64,000 nt of DNA from Candidatus Actinomarina sp. (GTDB taxonomy: Bacteria > Actinomycetota > Acidimicrobiia > Actinomarinales > Actinomarinaceae): the NCBI GenBank assembly GCA_041234785.1, contig JBEROH010000025.1, positions 30,444 to 94,443 of the forward strand. The letters are read 5' to 3'. The notes beneath the pieces are model-generated. The model saw only the letters and a list, made by a program, of their open reading frames with translations, was not told the origin of the DNA and made no database searches. The position numbers and the translations under genes are program-made. Below, piece by piece: positions 39,390 through 47,629 of this stretch (positions are counted from its first letter, which is position 1; every line of letters starts with the position of its first letter).

Positions 39390-40802
39390 TTGTTAGATTT
39401 GATATTAACAAGAAAATCTAAATATTATATAGCAGTGTTTGCATTGTTAGGAACTTTATTCTCTTTAGTTCCTCTTTTTATTCAATGGTCTAACTATACA
39501 GAGCCAATATATGCATTCAGTAATAGTTATACAGTTGATAAATTTTCAATTATTTTAAAAGGATTGTTTATTCTTACTACGTATCTAACTTTTTTAATGT
39601 CAATCAACTTCATTGAAAGCGATAAGTACTATCAAGGAGAGTACTATTATCTTCTTTTAAGCTCTTTGTTAGGTGCACTAGTTGTCAGCTCATCAAGAGA
39701 CATGCTAACTATTTTTATTGGAATTGAATTAGCCTCTACTCCAATGTTTTTATTGTCAGGTTGGAAAAAAGGGGACAGAAAATCTAACGAAGGCTCAATT
39801 AAATTTTTCTTATTAGGAGTACTTTCTGCATCCTTAATTCTTTATGGATTTTCCCTGTTATATGGGCTAACTGGTCAAATAATTTTTTCTAATATATCAA
39901 CTTATATTGTTGCAAACTCTTTATCCCAATCACCCGTATTGCTTCTTAGTGTCATTTTAGTAATTTCAGGTTTAGGATTTAAAATATCTATTGTACCATT
40001 TCACTCATGGGCACCTGACACTTATGAAGGTGCGCCACTACCTGTAGCAGCGTATCTCTCTGTAAGTTCTAAAGCAACTGGATTTGTAGCTTTGATTATA
40101 TTATTAACAACAGTATTTCAATCTTCAGGAAAGAGCTGGGGAATAATTTTAGCAATTATATCTGGAGTAACAATGACAGTGGGCAATTTAATTGCACTAC
40201 AGCAATCTCATCCAGTAAGACTACTAGCCTATTCTTCTATTTCACAAGCTGGATTTATTTTGGCACCTCTAGCTTTGGCTGGTGTAACTGGGAATTATCA
40301 AGAAGGAGTCTTTGCCAGTGTTACATATATCATTATTTATACCTTTATGAATTTAGGTGCTTTTTTATGTGTTCATTTATTTGGTAATTATGCTGGATCT
40401 TCTAATTTTTATGATTGGGGTGGGGTTGCAAAGAAAGCACCCGTTGTTGGTACTTTTACAACGATTTTTTTCTTTTCCCTTGCTGGCATACCCCCACTAG
40501 GGGGTTGGTTTGCAAAATTTGTAGTATTCAGAAGTTTATTGAGTACAGGAGAAGCTATAGGACTAGCTTTAGGAATTGTCGGTGCAATTAATGCAGTTAT
40601 AGCTTTAGTTTATTATGCAAGAATTTCTAAAGTGATTTGGATGGATGAAGAAACGCAAAACTATTCTGAAAAAATATTTTACTTTGATAAACCACTTAAG
40701 GTAGTTACTTTTTTTACCGTTTTAATAACTTTTCTTGCTGGTTTCTTTCCAGGAATTTTCACCTTTCTTGGTGAGGCCTCTTCTATCTTTTTTGGCAATT
40801 AA
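39390..40802 (+). CDS. nuoN2: Complex I subunit N, second operon (5' boundary uncertain)
   Basis: 470 aa from TTG 39390. FHSWAPDTYEGAPLPVAAYLS motif. The reading frame stays open and hydrophobic for about 22 codons upstream with no ATG/GTG/TTG. Confidence 0.8.
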   Translation: MLDLILTRKSKYYIAVFALLGTLFSLVPLFIQWSNYTEPIYAFSNSYTVDKFSIILKGLFILTTYLTFLMSINFIESDKYYQGEYYYLLLSSLLGALVVSSSRDMLTIFIGIELASTPMFLLSGWKKGDRKSNEGSIKFFLLGVLSASLILYGFSLLYGLTGQIIFSNISTYIVANSLSQSPVLLLSVILVISGLGFKISIVPFHSWAPDTYEGAPLPVAAYLSVSSKATGFVALIILLTTVFQSSGKSWGIILAIISGVTMTVGNLIALQQSHPVRLLAYSSISQAGFILAPLALAGVTGNYQEGVFASVTYIIIYTFMNLGAFLCVHLFGNYAGSSNFYDWGGVAKKAPVVGTFTTIFFFSLAGIPPLGGWFAKFVVFRSLLSTGEAIGLALGIVGAINAVIALVYYARISKVIWMDEETQNYSEKIFYFDKPLKVVTFFTVLITFLAGFFPGIFTFLGEASSIFFGN

Positions 40803-40805
40803 AGT

Positions 40806-41825
40806 TTGTCAAAAAAATCAATTGTTCAATATTTTCAAGAAAAATATGAATCTGATTATTTATACTTCGATGACTTTATGGAAGAGTCATTGTATTCAAA
40901 TTTTGGATTTTTCAATACAGAAAAAATTCGATCTAATAAAGAAGGAGATTTCCTAACTTCACCTGAAATTTCAAATTTTTTCGGTAAATTTATTTCAAAT
41001 TGGATATTAAGAAATAATCTAACAAAAAATATAATAGAAATTGGCTCTGGTTCTGGAAAGCTAATTAATCAAATCAATCTTGAAAATATAGTTGCAATTG
41101 AAAAATCTTCTACAGCAATGTTTGAGTTGAACAAACAGGGTATTCGCACCTTTAAAGATTTAAATTCTCTTCCTTTTACTGAATCTGATTTGGTATTTGG
41201 AAACGAAGTTTTAGACAATATACCATGCTCTATAGGAATATTTAAAAACGGAGAATGGAATGAAAAGGTTGTAAAAATTTTTAATAATGAGTTTAGCTAC
41301 GACATTAAACCAATAAGGCAAAATGAGCTAAATTGGATTAATTCTAATAAGATACAACCAAACAAAAACCAACAAGTTGAAATTCAAAGAAATATAGACT
41401 CCTTTCTACTAAATTTGCACGCCAAATTAAATCCTAAGAAAATATTATTTATAGATTATGGATATATACAAGAAGAAAGGCATTTAAGAAAATATGATTC
41501 GTTATTGAGAACTTACAAAAACCACCATCTTTCTGTAGACCCAATTGAAAGCCCAGGACAAGTTGATATAACTTATGATGTTAATTTTTCTGCAGTTGAA
41601 AGATATTTAATATCATTAGATTATAAAGTTGAAATCATTCCTCAAAAAGAATTTTTATATCAGAATGGATTTGATGAAGTATATTCAAAACTTTACAGTC
41701 AATATATTTCAAGTGATGGAATAGAACAATTAAAAATAAATAATTTATTAACAGGTTTAATGGCATTAGTAGATTCAAATGGATTAGGGGGCTTCTATTG
41801 TCTGCTAGCAGAAAAATATAACTGA
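40806..41825 (+). CDS. SAM-dependent methyltransferase of the MidA/NDUFAF7 family (DUF185)
   Basis: 339 aa. Family hallmarks GDFLTSPEISNFFGKFISNW (cf. human NDUFAF7 GDFITSPEISQIFGE), glycine-rich SAM motif IIEIGSGSGKL, GNEVLDNIP, and DITYDVNFS (cf. ADVDFS). TTG start 4 nt after nuoN2 stop. Confidence 0.8.
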   Translation: MSKKSIVQYFQEKYESDYLYFDDFMEESLYSNFGFFNTEKIRSNKEGDFLTSPEISNFFGKFISNWILRNNLTKNIIEIGSGSGKLINQINLENIVAIEKSSTAMFELNKQGIRTFKDLNSLPFTESDLVFGNEVLDNIPCSIGIFKNGEWNEKVVKIFNNEFSYDIKPIRQNELNWINSNKIQPNKNQQVEIQRNIDSFLLNLHAKLNPKKILFIDYGYIQEERHLRKYDSLLRTYKNHHLSVDPIESPGQVDITYDVNFSAVERYLISLDYKVEIIPQKEFLYQNGFDEVYSKLYSQYISSDGIEQLKINNLLTGLMALVDSNGLGGFYCLLAEKYN

Positions 41826-41844
41826 AATAATTTATAATAAAGCT

Positions 41845-42681
41845 ATGAACTTTTTTAAAACTACAGTTTTATTAACTGTAATGACACTAATAGTTATGTT
41901 CACTGCTTCAGCTTTAGGGTATGACTTAGTATCAGCTTTATTTTTTGCAATGATATTCAACTTCGTTATGTACTTCTTCTCAGGTAACTTAGCTATACGT
42001 TCTACCAGAGCACAAAAAATTCAATCAGGGCAATTTAATGAGGTCGTAGAAATCATCACATATTTAGTTAATAAAGAAAAGATGCCTATGCCGGAACTAT
42101 ACATAATAGAAAGTGATCAACCAAATGCTTTTGCTACTGGACGTAATCCCAAAAATTCTAAAATTGCAGTAACCACTGGTATCTTAAGACTGTTAAATAG
42201 AGATGAGCTAGAAGGAGTCTTGGCACATGAGCTTTCACATATTAAAAATAGAGATATATTGGTATCTAGTATTGCTGCGATGTTAGCTGCTGCAATTTCC
42301 TTTATGTCAAGAATGGCATTCTGGGGTGGTGGAAATAGAGATAGAAATACACATCCAGCATTTATACTAATAGCATTTATAGCTGCACCAATTGCCTCAA
42401 TAATTATTCGAATGGCAATATCTAGAACAAGAGAATTTGGTGCAGATTTAACTGGTTCAGATATTTCTGGAAACCCATTAGCGCTTGCATCAGCTCTGGA
42501 AAAAATTGAGAAGTATTCAAAAATTCCAATGAAAGTTAATCCTGCCGTAAGTCAATTATTTATTTCAGACCCTTTAAAAGCTTTTTCAGGACGGAGCATA
42601 ACAAAACTTTTTTCAACCCATCCACCTACATCTGAAAGAGTTAGAAGGTTAAGACAGAGGCAAAGTGGTATTCGGTTTTAA
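41845..42681 (+). CDS. htpX: Zinc metalloprotease HtpX (M48)
   Basis: 278 aa. N-terminal TM segments, HEXXH motif AHELSHIKNRD, PNAFATG motif. Confidence 0.85.
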   Translation: MNFFKTTVLLTVMTLIVMFTASALGYDLVSALFFAMIFNFVMYFFSGNLAIRSTRAQKIQSGQFNEVVEIITYLVNKEKMPMPELYIIESDQPNAFATGRNPKNSKIAVTTGILRLLNRDELEGVLAHELSHIKNRDILVSSIAAMLAAAISFMSRMAFWGGGNRDRNTHPAFILIAFIAAPIASIIIRMAISRTREFGADLTGSDISGNPLALASALEKIEKYSKIPMKVNPAVSQLFISDPLKAFSGRSITKLFSTHPPTSERVRRLRQRQSGIRF

Positions 42682-43015
42682 CAGTACTCCCATTGTGGAG
42701 TCAGAAAAAGTTGAAAATTTAATAGAGACCGGATCAATTCTTATTGACGTGCGAGAAGATGACGAATGGATAGCTGGGCACCATTCTAAAGCAGTGCACA
42801 TTGCAATGGGTACCATTTCTGACAAGCTTGATTTTTTTGATAAAAAAAATAATTACATTGTTGTTTGTAGATCCGGCGCTAGGTCTGCAAAAGTAACAAA
42901 GTTTTTAATAAATGAAGGATTTGATGCATCAAATTTAGATGGAGGAATGAAAAGTTTTTCACAAATCTCAGATAAAATAGTAAATTCAGAAGGACAAAAA
43001 GGTCAAATAATCTAG
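42665..43015 (+). CDS. Rhodanese-domain sulfurtransferase
   Basis: 116 aa. Active-site loop VVCRSGARS (CRxGxR). GTG start overlapping the htpX 3' end. Confidence 0.8.
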   Translation: MVFGFNSTPIVESEKVENLIETGSILIDVREDDEWIAGHHSKAVHIAMGTISDKLDFFDKKNNYIVVCRSGARSAKVTKFLINEGFDASNLDGGMKSFSQISDKIVNSEGQKGQII

Positions 43016-43024
43016 AATCAATAT

Positions 43025-43981
43025 GTGATAATTTGTATTGGAAATGCATTAGTCGATTCGCTTCAAACTGTAGATGAAAAAACCCTTCAATCTCTAGAGT
43101 TAAATAAAGCTAGGATGACCTTAATCGATAAAAATAGGTCAAATTTTTTACTTGAAAATATGGAATCTCCAATTTATGAAGCTGGAGGATCAGCAGCTAA
43201 TACTGCTTACTGGATATCTAAACTTGGTGGAAATGCTGGATTTATAGGAAAAATTTCTGATGACACATTGGGACAACAATTTAAAAAAAGTTTAAAAGAT
43301 TCTGGGCTAAGAGATTTGACCGTATTTGAATCAGAAAATTATCAGACTGGCTTATGTGCTATTTTTATAACTCCAGACGGAGAGAGAACAATGAATACAT
43401 ATCTTGGTGCTGGAGCTTTTTTATCAAAAAATGATATTGATGAAGAAAGTATTAAATCTTGCGAAATTTTATATATGGAAGGTTACTTATGGGACAAGCC
43501 AATTAGCAAAGAAGCATTTCTTTATGCTTCTAAATTAAATAAAAACTCAGGTGGGAAAAATGCGATTACTTTATCCGATGTATTTTGTGTGGAAGCTCAT
43601 CGTGAAAGTTTTGTTGATTTAATTTCAACAAGTATAGATTATATTTTTTGTAATGAAGAAGAAATCTATTCTCTTGCCAAAAGAAGTGATATAGAGAGCT
43701 CTTTAGACTTTATAAGTACAAATTTTCCAAATGTGGAGCAAGTAATTTGTACTCTTGGTCCAAAAGGTGCAGTAGTTTTAAATGATAATCAAAAATATTT
43801 TATCAATGCTTCGGAAACTAATGTAATTGATAAAACTGGGGCCGGAGATTTTTTTGCTGCCGGTTATTTGTATGGCTTGCAAAAAAATTTAGATATATTT
43901 GAATCTGCAAAAATAGCAAATAAGAGCGCTGCTTTAGTAATTAGTGAAATTGGTGTTAGGCCAAACTCAAATTTAATTTAA
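43025..43981 (+). CDS. pfkB-family carbohydrate/nucleoside kinase (ribokinase/adenosine-kinase-like)
   Basis: 318 aa. N-terminal GNALVD and C-terminal DKTGAGDFFAAGYLYG motifs of the ribokinase superfamily. Confidence 0.8.
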   Translation: MIICIGNALVDSLQTVDEKTLQSLELNKARMTLIDKNRSNFLLENMESPIYEAGGSAANTAYWISKLGGNAGFIGKISDDTLGQQFKKSLKDSGLRDLTVFESENYQTGLCAIFITPDGERTMNTYLGAGAFLSKNDIDEESIKSCEILYMEGYLWDKPISKEAFLYASKLNKNSGGKNAITLSDVFCVEAHRESFVDLISTSIDYIFCNEEEIYSLAKRSDIESSLDFISTNFPNVEQVICTLGPKGAVVLNDNQKYFINASETNVIDKTGAGDFFAAGYLYGLQKNLDIFESAKIANKSAALVISEIGVRPNSNLI

Positions 43982-44736
43982 TTTGTCCAAAATAAAATGT
44001 TTTGAATTGTTTCATATGTATCTTGTTTATTTATTTTTATTAGATTATTTAAAACTACAGGTGAAAACTCTTTAGTTTTTGAAAATAAAATTATATTATT
44101 TTCTGAATCTATAGCAACTATATTATTTCCATCAGGAGACCAAAACAATGAGAAAAAATAATAACTAGAAGGTGCCTTGGTGCTGTAAACTTCAATTATT
44201 TCTGATCCTGACTGGTAATAAATTCCTACACTTCTTCTCTCGTCATCTTTCACCCTCCAAGGGTCTAACAGCTTTTCATCAAAAATATTAACTTGAGAAA
44301 TTTCATTTTGAAAAATTGGAACCTGCACAGTTCCTATAACATTGCCACTTTCTAAATCTATTTTAAGCCCTTCTTCAGTGTTTGAGCTTCTGTTCCAGTA
44401 TCTAATGATTAAGTTTCCATTTGTATCAATTTGGGTATTGTAAAAATACATGTCAAAAGAATATGAGTTCAATTCACTACTACAAATTAATTTTTTATCT
44501 TCAAAAATATTTTTATTAAATTCCAGTATATGAATACATTGATCCACTATATCTGGGGCCGGAGGTAAAATATTTTTACTTAATACCTCTGTTTGGTATA
44601 TGATTCTTCCTTCTAATTGTAAATTGTTTGATGCTTGTTCAAATGTTGGGATTGGTATAACCCCAACGAAAGCTACAACTAATGAAGTAGTAATAAGAAT
44701 TAATAAAGATAAAAATAATGATTTAAATCCGTTCAT
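43978..44736 (-). CDS. Membrane-anchored/secreted protein, possibly a beta-propeller (TolB-like)
   Basis: N-terminal TM/signal segment. C-terminal FWSPDGNNIVAIDSENNIILF repeat reminiscent of TolB/WD40-like blades. Confidence 0.4.
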   Translation of the reverse strand: MNGFKSLFLSLLILITTSLVVAFVGVIPIPTFEQASNNLQLEGRIIYQTEVLSKNILPPAPDIVDQCIHILEFNKNIFEDKKLICSSELNSYSFDMYFYNTQIDTNGNLIIRYWNRSSNTEEGLKIDLESGNVIGTVQVPIFQNEISQVNIFDEKLLDPWRVKDDERRSVGIYYQSGSEIIEVYSTKAPSSYYFFSLFWSPDGNNIVAIDSENNIILFSKTKEFSPVVLNNLIKINKQDTYETIQNILFWTN

Positions 44737-45732
44737 TTAATAACTTTTTTCAACGTTTTTTAAGTTCTCTCTTAAAGAGTTTAAGTACAGGCCTGCGACA
44801 ACTAATACTGCTCCAACAAGCAAAAGCACTAAAGGTGGCCATACACTATCAGGAAGCAAAGCTGTAATTAGTCGAGGTAAATTGATAACCAAACCTAGCC
44901 CTCCTACATAAAATATTGATTGTTCCGAGAGTTGAATGCTTATCCAAACAAAAAAAATTGAACTAATAATCAAAATAAATATACTTAAAAAGTTGTTACT
45001 AATTAAATCTTCAATAAAGACAACTAATCCAACTGAAAAAATAATTGAAGAGAGAAGGTAACCCAACCAGCTGGGTTTTAAAATTCTTGAAAAAGTATTT
45101 AATCCCCAAATAAAACTATAAGACATTAAGAATAATCCAACAGCCCAATTTTCAATATTTGAGAAAACCAAATTTCCCAATGAGCCAGTGAAAACAATTA
45201 AAGAAGCAAAAATTGCTATGTGTTGAAGTGGTAGTTTTGTTTTGTTGTAAATTAAGACTGTATAAATTGATACAAAAAAAGAAACAGCAGTAAAAGAAAG
45301 TTCTTCAGTAATATTTAATAAACTAAAAGTGTTTAAATAATTCATTAAAAATACAAACACAGCTGTAAGTGAAATACTTCCTATAAAGTAAAGTACTGAG
45401 GAGACATTTTCAGAAGATTTAAACAAATAAAAGTTTTTATTTTCAAATCTTTCACTATAAGTTGCAGAATAATGAAGAAAGGAAGTAATTATTGCTAATA
45501 ATAAGAGTTGAGCCCAATAGGCTAAGTTCTCCCACAAAAATGGAATAGTTCCCAATAGTCCAGATATTAAAAATAAACTTCCAATTAAAGTTATTGCTTT
45601 TGCAGCTTTTGATTTTTGAGAAAGTTTGGAGTTGGTTTCAAATTTTTGTATTTCATCATAAACGTCTTGACTTATAACATTATTTTTAAGCCAACTTGAA
45701 AGTAAGTTTTGAATTTTTTTATCCATGCGCAC
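44737..45732 (-). CDS. Polytopic membrane protein with N-terminal cytoplasmic domain (DUF2157-like)
   Basis: 331 aa with about 8 TM segments. Its TAA stop is directly abutted by the ATG of the downstream gene, consistent with a two-gene operon. Confidence 0.45.
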   Translation of the reverse strand: MRMDKKIQNLLSSWLKNNVISQDVYDEIQKFETNSKLSQKSKAAKAITLIGSLFLISGLLGTIPFLWENLAYWAQLLLLAIITSFLHYSATYSERFENKNFYLFKSSENVSSVLYFIGSISLTAVFVFLMNYLNTFSLLNITEELSFTAVSFFVSIYTVLIYNKTKLPLQHIAIFASLIVFTGSLGNLVFSNIENWAVGLFLMSYSFIWGLNTFSRILKPSWLGYLLSSIIFSVGLVVFIEDLISNNFLSIFILIISSIFFVWISIQLSEQSIFYVGGLGLVINLPRLITALLPDSVWPPLVLLLVGAVLVVAGLYLNSLRENLKNVEKSY

Positions 45733-45805
45733 ATCATAATCAAATAAATTTTAATCTCACTAATTTTTGTATATAATCTAAACTTTAAAGAGACTTAATT
45801 GTCTT

Positions 45806-45887
45806 GCCGAGATGCCCGAGCGGCCAATGGGAGCAGACTGTAAATCTGCCGGCTATGCCTTCGTAGGTTCGAATCCTACTCTCGGCA
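45806..45887 (+). tRNA. tRNA-Tyr (anticodon GTA), long variable arm
   Basis: Cloverleaf drawn by hand: acceptor GCCGAGA/TCTCGGC, anticodon loop CTGTAAA, T-loop TTCGAAT. 82 nt. Confidence 0.8.
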
Positions 45888-45892
45888 CTTTG

Positions 45893-45965
45893 GCCCTCTT
45901 AGCTCAGTTGGCAGAGCACTTCCATGGTAAGGAAGAGGTCTCCGGTTCAAGCCCGGAAGAGGGCT
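45893..45965 (+). tRNA. tRNA-Thr (anticodon GGT)
   Basis: Acceptor GCCCTCT/AGAGGGC, D-arm GCTCAGTTGGCAGAGC, anticodon stem-loop CTTCC-ATGGTAA-GGAAG, T-arm CCGGTTCAAGCCCGG. 73 nt. Confidence 0.8.
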
Positions 45966-45985
45966 CGAAGACTCAAAAGTCTTAT

Positions 45986-46059
45986 GGCGGCGTAGCTCAG
46001 CTGGTAAGAGCGCACGACTCATAATCGTGAGGTCGGCAGTTCAAGTCTGCCCGCCGCTA
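45986..46059 (+). tRNA. tRNA-Met (anticodon CAT)
   Basis: Acceptor GGCGGCG/CGCCGCT, D-arm GCTCAGCTGGTAAGAGC, anticodon stem-loop CACGA-CTCATAA-TCGTG, T-arm GGCAGTTCAAGTCTGCC. 74 nt. Confidence 0.8.
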
Positions 46060-46083
46060 CGAAATAAAAAAAGGAGAACAAAG

Positions 46084-46245
46084 ATGGCTTCGGATAAAAG
46101 ACCACCATTAACAATGGTTTGCACTGAATGCAAGTCTCACAACTATGTAACAACAAAAAACAAAACTAATGTTCCAGACAGAATGGAATTTAAAAAGTAT
46201 TGTTCTACTTGTCAATCACATAAATTACATAGAGAAAAAAGATAG
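46084..46245 (+). CDS. rpmG: 50S ribosomal protein L33
   Basis: 53 aa. Zn-ribbon CTECKSHNY...CSTCQSH. ATG preceded by AAGGAG. The ORF track's earlier start lies inside tRNA-Met. Confidence 0.85.
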   Translation: MASDKRPPLTMVCTECKSHNYVTTKNKTNVPDRMEFKKYCSTCQSHKLHREKR

Positions 46246-46282
46246 CATTATATACTTTTTATATATATTCTTATAAAAGGTC

Positions 46283-46867
46283 ATGAATAGTATTTATAAC
46301 TTGAATAGCCATAGTGAAGAGATTTCAAATTCTGAATTGGTCCAAAAATCACAACTTGGTGATAAAGCTGCTTTTGAGCAGTTAGTTTTAAGACACCAAG
46401 ATTTAGTATTTTCATTATCTTTTAAGTTGACTGGCAATAGAGATATGGCAAATGATGTCGCCCAAGAATCTTTTATACGGGCATGGAAAGCAATTGAAAA
46501 ATTTAGAGGCGACTCTACCTTTGGTACATGGATTTACAGAATAACTGTTAATACTGCTTGGACTTTAAGAAAAAAAGCAAAAAAACATAATACTTTAAAT
46601 ATTGATGATACTTATGAACCTATTGTTATAGATGAAAAAAATGATCCTGAACAAGTGGCCATCAATGCTGACTTAACAGATGTCTTAGTAAGTGCATTAG
46701 ACAAAATACCATTAGATCAAAGAATTATCGTTGAACTTAAAAATAGTGAAGGAAGGTCTCATAAAGAGATAGCAGATTATTTAGGAATAAGTGTTACCGC
46801 TGCAAAAGTAAGATTACATAGAGCACATCAAAAATTAAGATTAATTCTTGAGGAGGTAGAAAAGTGA
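46283..46867 (+). CDS. ECF (sigma-70 group 4) RNA polymerase sigma factor
   Basis: 194 aa. Region 2 (VAQESFIRAWKAIEKFRGDSTFGTWIYRITVNTAW) and region 4 HTH (SHKEIADYLGISVTAAKVRLHRAHQKL). Confidence 0.85.
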   Translation: MNSIYNLNSHSEEISNSELVQKSQLGDKAAFEQLVLRHQDLVFSLSFKLTGNRDMANDVAQESFIRAWKAIEKFRGDSTFGTWIYRITVNTAWTLRKKAKKHNTLNIDDTYEPIVIDEKNDPEQVAINADLTDVLVSALDKIPLDQRIIVELKNSEGRSHKEIADYLGISVTAAKVRLHRAHQKLRLILEEVEK

Positions 46868-47235
46868 AAGAAATATTTTCAAACATCAAGACGAATTTAT
46901 TATGTAAACGAACAAGAAACAAAATGTTGTCGATGTATTTAAGTAACCAATATTTTCGTTTTGACGATAATATTCATGCCTCAACTTGTATAAAGTGTCA
47001 GGTTTCTGGAAAAAGATATAAAGCATTCAGAGAACTTATAGAAAGTAAAATAAATGAAGAAGTCAAAGCTCCTACTGATTTTGCATCTAAAGTTATGGCT
47101 TCACTTGATAAAAAAGTAAAAACTACTACAAGTAAGAGCACAAAAATAATATTATTGACAGTACTCGGAATATTATCAGTAATATTTTTAATATTTGGAA
47201 AAAAACGCTCGTCTAAAAAATTAGAGAAAGAGTAA
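46864..47235 (+). CDS. Membrane-anchored zf-HC2-type anti-sigma factor
   Basis: ATGA-coupled to the sigma gene. HxxxCxxC motif HASTCIKC. C-terminal TM segment ILLTVLGILSVIFLIF. Confidence 0.65.
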   Translation: MKEIFSNIKTNLLCKRTRNKMLSMYLSNQYFRFDDNIHASTCIKCQVSGKRYKAFRELIESKINEEVKAPTDFASKVMASLDKKVKTTTSKSTKIILLTVLGILSVIFLIFGKKRSSKKLEKE

Positions 47236-47241
47236 TAACTT

Positions 47242-47315
47242 AGGGGTGTAGCTCTAATTGGCAGAGCGACGGTCTCCAAAACCGTAGGTTGTGAGTTCGA
47301 GTCTCACCGCCCCTG
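47242..47315 (+). tRNA. tRNA-Trp (anticodon CCA)
   Basis: Acceptor AGGGGTG/CGCCCCT, anticodon stem-loop ACGGT-CTCCAAA-ACCGT, T-arm GTGAGTTCGAGTCTCAC. 74 nt. The CCA anticodon argues against a UGA=Trp code. Confidence 0.8.
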
Positions 47316-47326
47316 CAGAGGTAAAA

Positions 47327-47629
47327 ATGAATGAAATGAATAGAGAGATGAGACGAATGTCTGAGCGTGAAGAACGCTTAGCTAAAAAAGCTGATAGAAA
47401 TGTTGGTAAGTTTCAATCTGGTGAAAAGATATCTAGATTTAAAAAGATATCTAACTATCTTGGGGAGGTAAAAACTGAATTGAAGAGAGTCAATTGGCCA
47501 AGTTCGTCGACTTTGTCCTCTTTTACAATTGTGACAATAGTTACAATAGCCTTTTTTACTTTTTTTATTTTTGGAATGGACTTTAGTTTTAAAAATACTT
47601 TGATTACTCTATTATCTTTCGGAGAATAA
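47327..47629 (+). CDS. secE: Preprotein translocase subunit SecE
   Basis: 100 aa. C-terminal TM after KRVNWPS motif. ATG 47327 chosen because the ORF track's start lies inside tRNA-Trp. Confidence 0.8.
   Translation: MNEMNREMRRMSEREERLAKKADRNVGKFQSGEKISRFKKISNYLGEVKTELKRVNWPSSSTLSSFTIVTIVTIAFFTFFIFGMDFSFKNTLITLLSFGE

Noticed and set aside
45812-47629. ORF-track CDSs 45812..46024, the 5' part of 46027..46245, and the 5' part of 47291..47629
   Set aside because: They overlap the tRNA-Tyr/Thr/Met and tRNA-Trp genes. Real rpmG and secE starts were placed at internal ATGs after the tRNAs.
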